This document shows, piece by piece, positions 9,880 through 20,936 of a stretch of 64,000 bases of DNA. Under the pieces are notes generated by a model that saw only the letters and a list, made by a program, of their open reading frames with translations, was not told where the DNA came from and searched no databases. A program made the position numbers and the translations under genes. The stretch is from Candidatus Culexmicrobium cathedralense (lineage in GTDB: Archaea > Thermoproteota > Methanomethylicia > Culexarchaeales > Culexmicrobiaceae): positions 544,001-608,000 of the forward strand of contig JANZKC010000001.1 of the NCBI GenBank assembly GCA_025061115.1, written 5' to 3'. The first letter of the stretch is position 1. Each line of letters begins with the position of its first letter.

Positions 9880-11265
9880 GTGAGGAGACCAGGCGTGGAG
9901 GAACTTGAAGGGTACAGGGGGAAGTCGCTGAAAGCAATATTGGAGGCAGGAGCAAGCATTGGAGATAGAATTCGCATTACAAGCGGAGGATTAACCTACG
10001 AAGGAATACTCATGCCCAGAGCTGGAGTATGCGACGACAAGCACATAGTCATAAAGCTGGACAACGGGTACAACATAGGCGTCCGAGTAACACCTGAAAT
10101 GAAAATCCAAGTAATTGAAAAGGCAGAGAGGCGGGAAGCTAAAATGGAAGCGGCCGAGGGGAAATCCATCCGCAAGGGGGATCTGCCCTCAGTATCAATA
10201 ATAAGCACTGGAGGAACAATAGCAAGCAGAGTTGACTACAAAACCGGAGCAGTCTACCCAGCACTGACAGCTGAAGACCTCTACAGCGCAGTTCCTGAGC
10301 TCGGAGAAGTAGCAAACATACGCGCCCAAGTCCTCTTCAGCATCTTCAGCGAAAACATGACTTGCGAGCACTGGACCAAAATAGCGGAAACAGTGGCAAA
10401 GCACATTGAGGAAGGCTTCGACGGCATAGTTATAGCCCACGGAACCGACACGATGGGATACACCGCTGCAGCCTTGAGCTTCGCCCTACAAAAACTGCCA
10501 GTCCCAGTAATCCTAGTGGGGTCCCAGCGCTCGTCGGACAGGCCATCGTCAGATGCAGCCATCAACCTAACATGCGCAGTAATAGCCGCCGGCAAAGCTC
10601 CATTCGCAGAAGTCTCAGTTGTAATGCATGGAAGCTCCAGCGACAAATTCTGCCTAGCCCACAGAGGAACGAAAGTTAGAAAGTGCCACACAAGCAGGAG
10701 AGATGCATTCCAATCAATCAACGACAAGCCAATAGCCATGATCAAGCCATCAGGGGAAATCACAATGCTAACCGAAAACTACAATCCAAGGCGTGAAGAC
10801 AACGCAGTGGAAGTCAAAGCCAAGTTCGACCCAAAAGTAGCCCTAGTAAAAGCATATCCGGGAATGGCTGGAGAAATAATAGACTTCCTAGTCGACAAGA
10901 AGTACCACGGCATAGTAATTGAAGGCACAGGGCTAGGCCACGCACCCTACAGCGCCTTTCCAGCAATTAAAAGAGCAATCGAAAATGGAGTGGCAGTAGT
11001 AATGACTTCACAGTGCATTTGGGGAAGAATAAACATGAACGTCTACAGGACTGGAGTTGAGCTACTTAACATGGGAGTAATTCCAGGGGAAGACATGCTG
11101 CCCGAAACCGCCCTAGTCAAGCTGATGTGGACGCTTGCACAAACAAGAGAGCTCAGCGAAGTTAGAAGAATCATGCTCACAAACATTGCTGGCGAAATAA
11201 ATCCAAGAACAACCCACCTCCAATTCATAGCAAATCCATATGAAAATGCAGGGTGGTCAAAGTGA
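9880..11265 (+). CDS. gatD: Glu-tRNA(Gln) amidotransferase subunit D
   Basis: KLDNGYNIG N-domain, STGGTIASRVDY, HGTDT, GSQRSSDRPSSD. Confidence 0.97.
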   Translation: MRRPGVEELEGYRGKSLKAILEAGASIGDRIRITSGGLTYEGILMPRAGVCDDKHIVIKLDNGYNIGVRVTPEMKIQVIEKAERREAKMEAAEGKSIRKGDLPSVSIISTGGTIASRVDYKTGAVYPALTAEDLYSAVPELGEVANIRAQVLFSIFSENMTCEHWTKIAETVAKHIEEGFDGIVIAHGTDTMGYTAAALSFALQKLPVPVILVGSQRSSDRPSSDAAINLTCAVIAAGKAPFAEVSVVMHGSSSDKFCLAHRGTKVRKCHTSRRDAFQSINDKPIAMIKPSGEITMLTENYNPRREDNAVEVKAKFDPKVALVKAYPGMAGEIIDFLVDKKYHGIVIEGTGLGHAPYSAFPAIKRAIENGVAVVMTSQCIWGRINMNVYRTGVELLNMGVIPGEDMLPETALVKLMWTLAQTRELSEVRRIMLTNIAGEINPRTTHLQFIANPYENAGWSK

Positions 11266-13187
11266 AGAAGCGGGAAGCACCGCTAAACTACGAAGAACTG
11301 GGACTAAAAGTGGGACTGGAAATACACCAGCAATTAGACACGAAGCACAAGCTCTTCTGCAACTGCCCCACCATACTAAGGGAAGACGAGCCCGACGTAA
11401 TTATAGTTAGGAGGCTAAGGCCAACCCAAAGCGAGCTGGGAGAAGTAGATCCAGCAGCCCTATTCGAATTCAAAAGAGGAAGAATGTACGTTTACGAATC
11501 ATATGAAGACACCATATGCTTGGTGGAGCACGACGAAGAGCCCCCGCACGACCTAAATCCAGAAGCTCTTGAAATAGCTCTCGAAATAGCCCTCATGCTA
11601 AATGCAAAGCCAGTAGACGAAGTCCACGTAATGAGGAAAATAGTCATCGACGGGTCAAACACAACTGGATTCCAGCGAACAGCCATAATTGCAATGGAAG
11701 GATACGTCGAGGACGTCGACGGCAGAATAGGAATAAAAACTATATGTCTCGAAGAGGAAGCTGCAAGAAAAATTAGGGAGGAAGGCAACAAGGTATACTA
11801 TAGGCTGGACAGGCTTGGAATACCCCTAATAGAAATAGCAACAGCTCCAGAAATAAGAAGCCCAGAGCAAGCGAGAAGAGTAGCCCTGAAAATAGGGCAG
11901 CTAATGAGAGCCACAGGGAGAGTTAAGAGGGGTCTAGGAACAATAAGGCAAGACCTAAACGTGTCAATAAGAGGAGGAGCAAGAATCGAAATCAAGGGAG
12001 TTCAAGACCTAAACCTAATACCAAAAATAATCGAACTCGAAGTCGAAAGGCAACTAAACCTAATAAAAATTAGAGATGAACTGGCTGCCAGAGGCCTTAA
12101 GGAGGAAGACCTGAAGTACGAGTTCCACGAAGTCACCCACATATTCAAGGAAACGAAGTCAAAGCTAATTAGAAAAATGCTAAGCAGAGGAGCAGTAGTA
12201 TTAGCAGTTAAGCTCCCCAAATTCGCAGGGCTGCTCGGAACCGAAATTCAGCCCAACAGAAGACTTGCAACCGAAATGGCTGATAGAGCCAAGTTCTGGG
12301 GAGGCGTGGGAGGAATAATTCATACAGACGAGCTGCCGAAGTACGGAATCACCATCAAAGAAGTTGAAGAATTGAAAAAGGCCGTATCAGCCTCAAACGA
12401 AGATGCAGTAGTAATAGTAGTGGACGAAAGAGGGAAATGCGAAGAAGCACTAAAAGCAGTAGTTGACAGAGCCAGAGAAGCCCTCAAAGGAGTTCCAGAA
12501 GAAACCAGAGCTGCAAATCCAGATGGAACCACAAGGTACAGCAGGCCCATGCCCGGAGCAGCGAGAATGTACCCGGAAACCGACGTAAGGCCAATACCAA
12601 TAACCAGGGAGCTAATAGAAGCACTAAGAAAGAAGCTTCCGGAGCCCATCGAAGTTAAAGTAGCCAAGCTCGTAAAGAAATATGGGATAAGCAGAAAGCT
12701 TGCTGAAGAGCTGGCCGACTCATCAAACATAGAGCTATTCGAAAAAATAGTTAAGGAAACCAATGCACCGCCAAAGCTCGTGGCATCAGCGCTCGAGTAC
12801 ACGTTGAAAACCCTGAAGCACGAGCACGTGCCAATAGAGAACATTACAGACACCCACTTAACCCAAGTATTCAGCCTCATAGCAGAAGGAAGGCTAGCAA
12901 AGGAAGCACTGCCCGAAGTATTGAGGTGGATAGCCGAAAACCCAACGAGAAGCGCTGAAGAAGCAATTAAAGAGCTGGGAGTAGAGCTAATACCACTGGA
13001 AAAGCTCGAAAAAATCATTGAAGAAAAAATCTCAGAAAACTACCAGCTAATCAGGGAAAGAGGCCTAAAAGCCATGTCCCCAATAATGGGCGAAGTCATG
13101 CGGGAAGTCAGAGGGAAAGCGGATGGAAAAGTCGTAAGCCAAATTGTAAGGCGAAAAATCCTGGAAATCATGGGAAAGCTAGCCTGA
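11253..13187 (+). CDS. gatE: Glu-tRNA(Gln) amidotransferase subunit E
   Basis: GLEIHQQL, MRKIVIDGSNTTGFQRT, RGLGTIRQD, GAARMYPETD. Confidence 0.97.
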   Translation: MVKVKKREAPLNYEELGLKVGLEIHQQLDTKHKLFCNCPTILREDEPDVIIVRRLRPTQSELGEVDPAALFEFKRGRMYVYESYEDTICLVEHDEEPPHDLNPEALEIALEIALMLNAKPVDEVHVMRKIVIDGSNTTGFQRTAIIAMEGYVEDVDGRIGIKTICLEEEAARKIREEGNKVYYRLDRLGIPLIEIATAPEIRSPEQARRVALKIGQLMRATGRVKRGLGTIRQDLNVSIRGGARIEIKGVQDLNLIPKIIELEVERQLNLIKIRDELAARGLKEEDLKYEFHEVTHIFKETKSKLIRKMLSRGAVVLAVKLPKFAGLLGTEIQPNRRLATEMADRAKFWGGVGGIIHTDELPKYGITIKEVEELKKAVSASNEDAVVIVVDERGKCEEALKAVVDRAREALKGVPEETRAANPDGTTRYSRPMPGAARMYPETDVRPIPITRELIEALRKKLPEPIEVKVAKLVKKYGISRKLAEELADSSNIELFEKIVKETNAPPKLVASALEYTLKTLKHEHVPIENITDTHLTQVFSLIAEGRLAKEALPEVLRWIAENPTRSAEEAIKELGVELIPLEKLEKIIEEKISENYQLIRERGLKAMSPIMGEVMREVRGKADGKVVSQIVRRKILEIMGKLA

Positions 13188-14249
13188 AAGCTCCTTAAGC
13201 TTATCCGGCAAGTACTTCCTCACAATGTAGGATAGGCCATAGCGGCTGAAGCTCTGCTGCTCAGCCTTCCTCCTAATCTTAATGAACTCATTGATCTCCC
13301 TCATCCAAAACGGATCCTGATACCTCGGATCCCTCTGCAGAAGCATAAGCCTATTCAAGTCCTCAGATGTCATGGGCTCAGTAGGCAGCTTATACCTAGT
13401 TATATCAGTAGCCCAAACTCCAAGCCACTTAGCATCAGGAGTCGTAAGCTCAGTTAAGTGAGCTGCATTAGCAGACCCGGAGATAATGACCATCGCAATG
13501 TGCATCCCCCAAACATCAGCGTCAGTTAAAATGTACACTGGAAGTCCAAGCTCAACGTTCAACCTCCTCAAAAAGCGCCTAGTAGCCCTCGGAGCCTGCC
13601 CAGCAGTATGAACGAGAACAGCGTTAAAGGTCTTGTGAACCTTCTCGGCAATAAACCTTGTGAATAGGCCGCCAGTCTCAATTGCAATAACCTTGTCAGC
13701 ATTGCACTCAACAAACTCTGCAGAAAGAAGCGAAGGCCCGATCATCATGCCGTCAGGGTGGGAAGCCAAGTTAACCCGCTTCCCATAGTAGTCCGGGTCG
13801 GGAGTAGTATACTCGATAGTCAAGTCCCCGAAAACGGCGCTCCTCTCCTCGGGAAAGATCATGAAGTCCTCCCTAGGAACGCCCAAAATGGTTTCCAGGT
13901 CAGCGACGATCTCATTGGACTCCTGCTGGCTCTTGAAATTTATTCCGAAAGCCTCAGAATTGTAGTACAAGTCCCTAAGGGTTGTTGGCTGATTAGCCAA
14001 CATCGACTTGTAGGCGAAAAATGCAACCCAAATCAGCTGAGTCAAAGACTTGATTTGCCGGATGTTGGCTGCACTCCTAGTGATAACTTGGTCGCCGAGA
14101 ACGAACTGCCGCAATCTAGGGTCGTAAATTATGTTGCTCGTAGTCCTACTTCGAATTCTAACCCTAGGAAACTCTCCTCTCTCAAGCTGCTCGTAAATGC
14201 TAACGCCAAACTCCCTCAGCCTAGCTAAAATGTGCCTCTTATGCTCCAT
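13179..14249 (-). CDS. top6A: DNA topoisomerase VI subunit A
   Basis: TLRDLYY catalytic Tyr motif, Toprim IAIE and TDADVWG, KAEQQ; ATG 14249 preferred. Confidence 0.95.
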   Translation of the reverse strand: MEHKRHILARLREFGVSIYEQLERGEFPRVRIRSRTTSNIIYDPRLRQFVLGDQVITRSAANIRQIKSLTQLIWVAFFAYKSMLANQPTTLRDLYYNSEAFGINFKSQQESNEIVADLETILGVPREDFMIFPEERSAVFGDLTIEYTTPDPDYYGKRVNLASHPDGMMIGPSLLSAEFVECNADKVIAIETGGLFTRFIAEKVHKTFNAVLVHTAGQAPRATRRFLRRLNVELGLPVYILTDADVWGMHIAMVIISGSANAAHLTELTTPDAKWLGVWATDITRYKLPTEPMTSEDLNRLMLLQRDPRYQDPFWMREINEFIKIRRKAEQQSFSRYGLSYIVRKYLPDKLKELSG

Positions 14250-14256
14250 GGCCCTG

Positions 14257-15770
14257 CTACTCACGCCTACGCCACCCCCTAAGCAGCCGAGAAACATCTG
14301 GAGGCTGAGGCCTACCTGCAAGCTCAGCTGCAAATTCAGCAATCTTAGGTAGATAGCGCTCTAAAATGTTAATCTTCCTCCTAATCGCAGCCTTCCTCTC
14401 CTTCCTAGCCAAGTAAGCCCTAAGCTTCCTGGCGCAGGCCTTCAAAGCCCACTCAATTTCATAGGCTATTTCAGGCCTATCAGCAATAAACTCCTTTCCA
14501 ACAGTCTTGTAGGGCACCTTAGTCGACACTATGTGGACGAAGAAGGCTATCGGCATGCTCAAGTCTATCTTATACCTAGCCCACTTAATCGACTTGATGA
14601 CCTTCATCGCAACGTCGCTGTGCGCATCGTAGAGCAACGGTATCTTATTAGCATACCTGTACAAGTTTATCTCGCCAGGCTTTGGAGGAGATATGCTGGC
14701 GCCATAAGCTATCGCAGCCTCAACAATGAATGGGTGGCCAGCGTAAGCTGAAGGCTTCCGCTGAACCGCGACAACGAATTCTGGGTTAAGCTCCTTCATT
14801 ATACCCTTCTCTAGAAGCTTAGGCCCAATCGGAGATAGGCAAGAAGCATCTGGTGGCAGAAAGTCGTTGAACTTACGCATGGCACTAACGATGCGGACAA
14901 TCTCATCCGACTTCAAGCTTCTAGGATCCCTATCCGGATTAATTTTCGCAAACTTCAAGAACTTGATTGCAGTTCTCCTTCCAACCCTGTGAAAGCTATT
15001 CGCAATGAATTCAACGAGATTCTTAGCGCGAGTCCGCCTGATCAGCCGCTTCAAAAGCTCAACGTCAACTCCATGAGGGTGAGGGCGAACCTCCTGAGGA
15101 GGCTTAGGCATCTCAGTCGTAACCCTCTGAAACTTGTAAAGAATGCCGTCGGGATCTATGAAGCTTATGTTAGCGTATGGCAATATTATGGCGGTCTGCC
15201 TAAAGTACTCCAAAATTCTTGGCTTAGCCCTAGAGTAGTCGCCCTCAAACGTAAATTCAATCACGGTTCCATGCCAGTAGGTGGGATTAGGCAAAGCCTT
15301 GATTCCGCCTCTACGAAGTATGGGCTTATTATGCTGAATGTCTATCATGAGCTCGCAGAAGTACTTGGTTGGCCCGCCGGTGCTCGTCAAAATCCTAACT
15401 GGACTGTGAGTTGTGATCTGCCCATAAAGTATGGCCATCTTGCCTCCTAACCCGAAAGTCCCTCTAGTCTGCCTCAAAATGTACTTCGACCCGAAGAGAA
15501 CCCTTCCAAAGGCAGATGCAATGTACTCCTTTGGAACTCCGCAGCCATTATCCTCAACTCTAATTCGGTAGACGTTGCCCCTGCCCTCCGACATCAACCT
15601 CACGTAAATGTCGGGCAGAATTCCATGAGTTTCACAGGCGTCCAATGCATTCTCAACTAGCTCTCGAACAATGGTGTATGTAGCTCTAACTGGATTGTCG
15701 AAGCCCGCTATGTCCCTATTCCTGTAAAAAAATCCGCTGGACTAATTGCTTTATACACTTCTTGAGTCAA
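14257..15770 (-). CDS. top6B: DNA topoisomerase VI subunit B, with an apparent 1-nt frameshift at a T7 run (15726-15732)
   Basis: GHKL motifs (RELVENALDA, EDNGCG, QTRGTFGLG). N-terminal MTQEVYKAISPADFF is in a different frame from YRNRDIAGFDNP. Confidence 0.9.
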
Positions 15771-15818
15771 ACTTAACACCGCTCACATATAAGATGATAA
15801 AGCTATTTAACTTCACGC

Positions 15819-16400
15819 TCAGTACTTCCTCCAGAGAAGAAACTCCTTCCGCTTCAACCTCCTCCTCTCCCTGTGAAGATAGCTGTAAACAGTCCTATGC
15901 TGCGCTCCACTAGCAAGCATCTCAACGGCACGTCTTGCAATCCTCACCCCATCATAGTCCCCCACGATGGCAACGGTGCTCCCATAAACGGAAATGTACG
16001 TGCCAGTATGCTCCTCAATTATCTTCCTAGTCTTCCCCTTCTCACCAATAATTCTACCCTTAATTCTGGTTAGAGCATTTTTCGAGCTGCCGACGAACTG
16101 AGTTAAATCAATGATATCCAATATCTGATCCTCATCCAGAAGCCTAAACGCCCTCTCAGGGCTGAAGCCATGAGCAATAGCTAAAATCACGTTTTTCGCC
16201 TTCAAGAGGTCCTCATACGTAGCCTTGGAGGGGTCGAGCTCAAGCATGACCGAGCCCGAGGAAGTATCAACATAAACCTCAATTCCAGTTTTATCCTCAA
16301 CTTCCCTCCTAACAGCTCCGCCATTACCAATAATAACGCCAATCCTATCCAAAGGCACGTTAACGTAATCCCTAACTATTGGGGCTCCCCCTTCACCCAA
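15819..16400 (-). CDS. KH-domain rRNA processing protein (Dim2/Pno1-like)
   Basis: RIGVIIG, GFSPERAFRL, RIKGRIIGEKGKT; conserved rio1-KH-top6B gene order. Confidence 0.92.
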   Translation of the reverse strand: MGEGGAPIVRDYVNVPLDRIGVIIGNGGAVRREVEDKTGIEVYVDTSSGSVMLELDPSKATYEDLLKAKNVILAIAHGFSPERAFRLLDEDQILDIIDLTQFVGSSKNALTRIKGRIIGEKGKTRKIIEEHTGTYISVYGSTVAIVGDYDGVRIARRAVEMLASGAQHRTVYSYLHRERRRLKRKEFLLWRKY

Positions 16401-17170
16401 CGCAAAGCCTCCTCCAAGCTTGGAACATCCAAACCAACTTTAATGAAGAAATTCAATAAGTTTTCCAGATCCCTAACTAAAAACTCCTCCGCCATGGGGT
16501 GGTCGAGCAGCACTCCCTGCCCAATATCAATGAACACGGGCCTATCATTCCACACCATTATGTTGTACTCGCTCAAGTCGGCGTGAACGAGCTTCGCCTT
16601 AACGTAGAGGAGCCTAACGAACTCGAAAACCTCACTGAAGAAGGACTTCAAATCAGCAGGCAGGTAGTCCTTCAGGAGGGGGGCTGGAGCCCCATTCTCA
16701 CCAATAAACTCCATAACCAAAATATTCTTATTAACCGCATAGGGCTTGGGAACCCTAACTCCAGCCTCATAAGCTCTCTTCAAGTTCCTAAACTCCTTCC
16801 TAGCCCAGGCATAAATTAAGGAGCGAGTATCTCTCCTAACTCCCACGAACCTGGGGTCACCCTCAATGTAGAGCGACATACTCCTCCTAAACTCGGCAGT
16901 TGAAGTCAAGTAGATCTTAACTGCAACGTCCTCGCCATCAGCATTTTTAGCCCAGTAAACCCTAGCCTCCTTACCTGCATTGACAACCCCATACATGACG
17001 TCTATGAAGCCCCTATTGATGAGATCATACAAGCCCATCAGGGTGGACCTGTCGAAAACCTCCTCAACAGTCTCATAGAGATCCTTATCTTTAATCCGCT
17101 TAAGCCTCCTCCTCTCTATTCGCTCAAAAACGATGCGCTCAGTCTCTTTATTCTCCTCACTATTAGCCAT
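16376..17170 (-). CDS. rio1: RIO1 Ser/Thr kinase
   Basis: GKEARVY, AVKIY, WARKEFRNL, LVHADLSEYNI, IDIGQ. Confidence 0.95.
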   Translation of the reverse strand: MANSEENKETERIVFERIERRRLKRIKDKDLYETVEEVFDRSTLMGLYDLINRGFIDVMYGVVNAGKEARVYWAKNADGEDVAVKIYLTSTAEFRRSMSLYIEGDPRFVGVRRDTRSLIYAWARKEFRNLKRAYEAGVRVPKPYAVNKNILVMEFIGENGAPAPLLKDYLPADLKSFFSEVFEFVRLLYVKAKLVHADLSEYNIMVWNDRPVFIDIGQGVLLDHPMAEEFLVRDLENLLNFFIKVGLDVPSLEEALRWVKGEPQ

Positions 17171-17191
17171 AACTTAGCTCTCCAAGCTCCC

Positions 17192-17530
17192 TCAATACTC
17201 AATCTCCAACTCCTCAGGCATGTGGCCGGCCTCCCTAAGCCTATAAACTTCATCCCTAGTATAACGCCACACTATATCCCCTCTAGACTCGAACTGGAAG
17301 TCCCATGGAACAACGAGAACTATGTCCCCCTCCCTCATCCACATCCTCTTCCTATACCTGCCTGGAATCCTACATACTCTAACGTAGCCATCTGCGCACT
17401 TGACCTTAGCTCTATCAAACCCTAAAAGCTGAATTATCACTCCTACAATTTCACCCTCAGCTGGAATTCTAAGCTCAGCCTTCTCCTCATACCGCCCCTT
17501 CTTCCTTCTGCGCCCCAAAATATTCACCAT
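17192..17530 (-). CDS. eif1a: Translation initiation factor aIF-1A
   Basis: CADG..RVCRIPG, WMREGDIVLVVPW, GDIVWRYT. Confidence 0.95.
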   Translation of the reverse strand: MVNILGRRRKKGRYEEKAELRIPAEGEIVGVIIQLLGFDRAKVKCADGYVRVCRIPGRYRKRMWMREGDIVLVVPWDFQFESRGDIVWRYTRDEVYRLREAGHMPEELEIEY

Positions 17531-17577
17531 CCACCACTAGCAATAAAGCAGCCAATTATTTAAGCTAATCTAAGCTG

Positions 17578-18651
17578 CTAAGCAAAACCGACAATGTAGA
17601 TTTTCCCATTCAGCTTTATAAATCGAACTTCACTCCCCAACTTAACCTCAAGCTCCTCAGGCCTCTCAACCTCATAGACCTCATAGGAAGACAAGTCCAT
17701 CAACTGAACGGTATCCCCATAAGCCGAAAGCACAACTGCAGTTGGAAGCTCATCCATTGAAGCGATCTTCTCAACCTCACCAGACCAAACGGCCTTATAG
17801 CTTATCGAGCAGCGCCTCCAACTCCTCAAATCCAGACCGAAAAACCTTCCACCCCTAAAACCCTCAAAGCGCATAATTGAGCTCCCAACCCTAATTACGT
17901 CGCCGAAAGTGAAAGGAGGAAGCCTAACCGAAATCGTCAATCTGGAAAGCCGCTTACCAGTAGACTTCTCAACTCCAATCACCTTAAAGGTCTCCTTAAG
18001 CATAGCTCCAGTTTCATCCTTAATTCTGGAAGCAATTAGCTTAGCAATTCTAGTGCTTGCAAACTTGAAGTCGAAACCCCCGGTAACCCTCTTAGCTTCA
18101 ACGATGTAAGCGCTCCTATCGCTCTCAATCTCCCTTGAAACCAGATTTTCAACCAACCTACATATCAGAGTTACTTCATTCCTAGTCAACTGGCGATCTT
18201 CAGCTCTAACCTGAACCGTAGCCACATAGTATTTTGAAGCCATCTTAATGCAAATGGGGCAGCTCACCCGCTTAACTTCAACCTCAACCACCGCCTCCTC
18301 CTCATACTCGGGAATGGAGGGGTGAACGCTTCCAGAAGCAATAATTCTAACCACAACCCTGCCCTTACCTCTAAACTCCTCGGGGACGACCTTAAAGCTG
18401 CCTCGGCCAGCTAACTTAACGCTCCTCTTAACAGCCTCCGCGGAAGCTTCAAAAGCTGGATTACCTGTCCTGCACTTAACCCACCGGCCATTAACCCTAT
18501 AGGCGCCGCATGAACTGCAAACCTCAACTTCAAGTCGACTTGGAGCGCGAATCAACTTGTGGCGAGCCCTATAGCAGGACCAGCACAAATTATCTATTAA
18601 AGGCTCATCCTCGGACTCGAATTTGCCGCAAATAGCGCAAAATCTCCTCAC
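17578..18651 (-). CDS. nmd3: NMD3-family ribosome biogenesis protein
   Basis: Four CxxC pairs, YYVATVQVR, C-terminal VQLMDLSSYE OB-like domain. Confidence 0.9.
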   Translation of the reverse strand: MRRFCAICGKFESEDEPLIDNLCWSCYRARHKLIRAPSRLEVEVCSSCGAYRVNGRWVKCRTGNPAFEASAEAVKRSVKLAGRGSFKVVPEEFRGKGRVVVRIIASGSVHPSIPEYEEEAVVEVEVKRVSCPICIKMASKYYVATVQVRAEDRQLTRNEVTLICRLVENLVSREIESDRSAYIVEAKRVTGGFDFKFASTRIAKLIASRIKDETGAMLKETFKVIGVEKSTGKRLSRLTISVRLPPFTFGDVIRVGSSIMRFEGFRGGRFFGLDLRSWRRCSISYKAVWSGEVEKIASMDELPTAVVLSAYGDTVQLMDLSSYEVYEVERPEELEVKLGSEVRFIKLNGKIYIVGFA

Positions 18652-18673
18652 AACTTACACCCATCAAACCTGG

Positions 18674-19015
18674 CTAAATGATCTTCACGAACTGAGCATG
18701 AGGCTGACCCTCAATCCAAATAACTGCATCTTCATGAATTATCCCCTCCCTAATAGCGCTAGCCACAATCTCCTTGCCGACAATATTCCCTATCGAAGCG
18801 GACTTGAGCGCGACAATTGCTTCCTCGAGCGTGACAAGCCTTCCGCCATAAAAGCTCTCCTTAATCTCAATTTTAATCCTACCCTCCCTAAATGTCCTAC
18901 CAAGAATATCTGCATCGCAAACTGCGACCAGAATATCCTTGCCCCTAGACCAGATGTTCATGTAGAAAAGCTTTTCACCGTTGCTACAGCAATCCCTGCT
19001 CACATCATACACCAA
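18674..19015 (-). CDS. DUF424 family protein
   Basis: LVAVCDADILG, ESFYGG, NIVGKEIV, PHAQ; start uncertain. Confidence 0.85.
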   Translation of the reverse strand: MVYDVSRDCCSNGEKLFYMNIWSRGKDILVAVCDADILGRTFREGRIKIEIKESFYGGRLVTLEEAIVALKSASIGNIVGKEIVASAIREGIIHEDAVIWIEGQPHAQFVKII

Positions 19016-19047
19016 TCAAAAATACATTTCAACACTTATTTAGCTTC

Positions 19048-19476
19048 CTAAATCCCCCTAACCGAAATGCTCGTTCTAGCTCCACATGCAGTGCAAACGA
19101 GAATGAACACCCTCCTCTCCTTGGTGACGTAGGTGTCCGGAGCCCCGCAAATCGGGCAAATCACGAAAAGCTTAGCATACCTCTCAACGACGTTGTTGAT
19201 GGTTGACCTCGAAAACCTGCCTTGAAGGAGAAGCCGCGAATCCTCAATCTCCCCAGCCGTACCAATCTCCCTCAAAATGAAGCGGGCAACCTGCTTCGGC
19301 TCCCTATTCAGGACGTCGCAAATATCCTTAAAATTGTGAATTATCGTCCTATTCCCAACTATGGAAACCAATGCTGATGGAATCTCAAATCTCTCAGCCT
19401 TAGTCACCGTCTTAGGAACCATAGACAATGCCCTTTCCAGAAGCTCCTCATAAGTCCATTCGCTTACGCTCTTCAA
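19048..19476 (-). CDS. eif2b: Translation initiation factor aIF-2 beta
   Basis: YEELLERA, ERFEIP, GNRTII.NF, CPICGAPDT...CTACGA. Confidence 0.95.
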   Translation of the reverse strand: MKSVSEWTYEELLERALSMVPKTVTKAERFEIPSALVSIVGNRTIIHNFKDICDVLNREPKQVARFILREIGTAGEIEDSRLLLQGRFSRSTINNVVERYAKLFVICPICGAPDTYVTKERRVFILVCTACGARTSISVRGI

Positions 19477-19568
19477 GGTAAATCCTCCACCGCCATATCG
19501 CCATCCGCAAACATAAAGTTTTCTCCACCCTCAACCTATTAAATCGAAATCATTAAAGTTAATTATCG

Positions 19569-20936
19569 GTGATCCAGTTGGAGTACATCATCATGGCGAA
19601 GTCAGCGGTAACCATGAGCGAGCTAGGAGTAATCAGGGATGCAGCCATAGTGGTCGAGGAAGGCGAAGTAATTGAAGTTGGAAGGCAAAGCCAGTTGAAG
19701 TCCAAGTACCCAAGGTACGAGAAGGTGGACGCATCAAACTGCGTTGTAATTCCAGGCCTAATAAACGCCCACACCCACATGGCCATGAGCCTGCTGAGAG
19801 GATACGCGGACGACCTAATGCTACACGAATGGCTTGAAAAGTGGATCTGGCCCCTCGAAAGCAAGATGAGCAGCCGAGACATATACGTAGGAGCCCTACT
19901 AGCATCAGTTGAAGCAGTCAAAATGGGGACAACAACGGTCAACACCATGTACCACTACAACCCAGACTACAACGAGGCGAAGGCAATCCTGGAAGTGGGA
20001 TTAAGGGGAGTAGTATCCCACGTCTGCTTCAGCTGGAGGAAGGAAGAAGACTTCAAGCAGCTAAACCACCTAACCAAGCACTGGCACGGCAAAGGCAGCT
20101 GGAAAATTAGAGCTGCAATATCACCCCACGCACCATACACGGTCGACCCGAAATACATGATAGAACTTAGGGAGTACGCCGACGAGCTCAACAAGGACGC
20201 CCAAAAGGACTACGAGAAAATCATAGTTCACATACACCTAGCAGAAACCAAAAATGAAGCTGAACTAGTCAAGCAAAAATTCAAAGTAAATGTCAGCGAA
20301 GGAGTCGTCAAGTACCTATACGACTTGAAGGTTCTCAAGGAAGACGTAGTTGCAGCCCACTGCACTTGGCTCACAGACAAGGACATCCAAGCCCTGAAAA
20401 AGGCCAATGTAAAGGCAGTGCACAACCCAGCAAGCAACCTCAAGCTAGCATCCGGAATAAGTCCAGTGCACAAACTGCTCAGCGAAGGAATCACAGTTGC
20501 CCTTGGAACCGACAGCGCATGCTCAAGCAACTCGCTCGACATGTTTGAAGCAGTGAAGCTCGCAGCCCTCCTACATAAGGGAGCAACCCTAAACCCAACC
20601 GTCGTGCCAGCTGAAACAGCACTAAAAATGGCTACAGTAAATGGAGCTAAAGCGCTGAGCTGGAGCAGCCAAATAGGCACGATCAAGCCCGGAGTGAAAG
20701 CGGACCTCGTAATCATAGACTTCAACAAGCCGCACCTAAAGCCCCTATTCAACGAGTTAAGCCACCTAGTCTACGCAGTTAAAAGCCTGGACGTTAGAGA
20801 CGTAATGGTCAACGGAGAATTCATCGTCGAAAACGGCAAGGTGAAAACCGTCGATGAAAACTGGGTCATGAAGGAAGCTGAAAAAGTTAAAGAAAGCCTA
20901 CTTGAAAGATTACGTGGGGAAGCGCGTGAAGTTTAA
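19569..20936 (+). CDS. mtaD: Amidohydrolase, probably 5'-methylthioadenosine/SAH deaminase
   Basis: [33 protein letters not shown]; overlaps ahcY. Confidence 0.8.
   Translation: MIQLEYIIMAKSAVTMSELGVIRDAAIVVEEGEVIEVGRQSQLKSKYPRYEKVDASNCVVIPGLINAHTHMAMSLLRGYADDLMLHEWLEKWIWPLESKMSSRDIYVGALLASVEAVKMGTTTVNTMYHYNPDYNEAKAILEVGLRGVVSHVCFSWRKEEDFKQLNHLTKHWHGKGSWKIRAAISPHAPYTVDPKYMIELREYADELNKDAQKDYEKIIVHIHLAETKNEAELVKQKFKVNVSEGVVKYLYDLKVLKEDVVAAHCTWLTDKDIQALKKANVKAVHNPASNLKLASGISPVHKLLSEGITVALGTDSACSSNSLDMFEAVKLAALLHKGATLNPTVVPAETALKMATVNGAKALSWSSQIGTIKPGVKADLVIIDFNKPHLKPLFNELSHLVYAVKSLDVRDVMVNGEFIVENGKVKTVDENWVMKEAEKVKESLLERLRGEAREV

Noticed and set aside
15700-15760. Second BHB intron explaining the top6B break
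   Set aside because: There is no extra sequence (one base is missing) and no BHB fold
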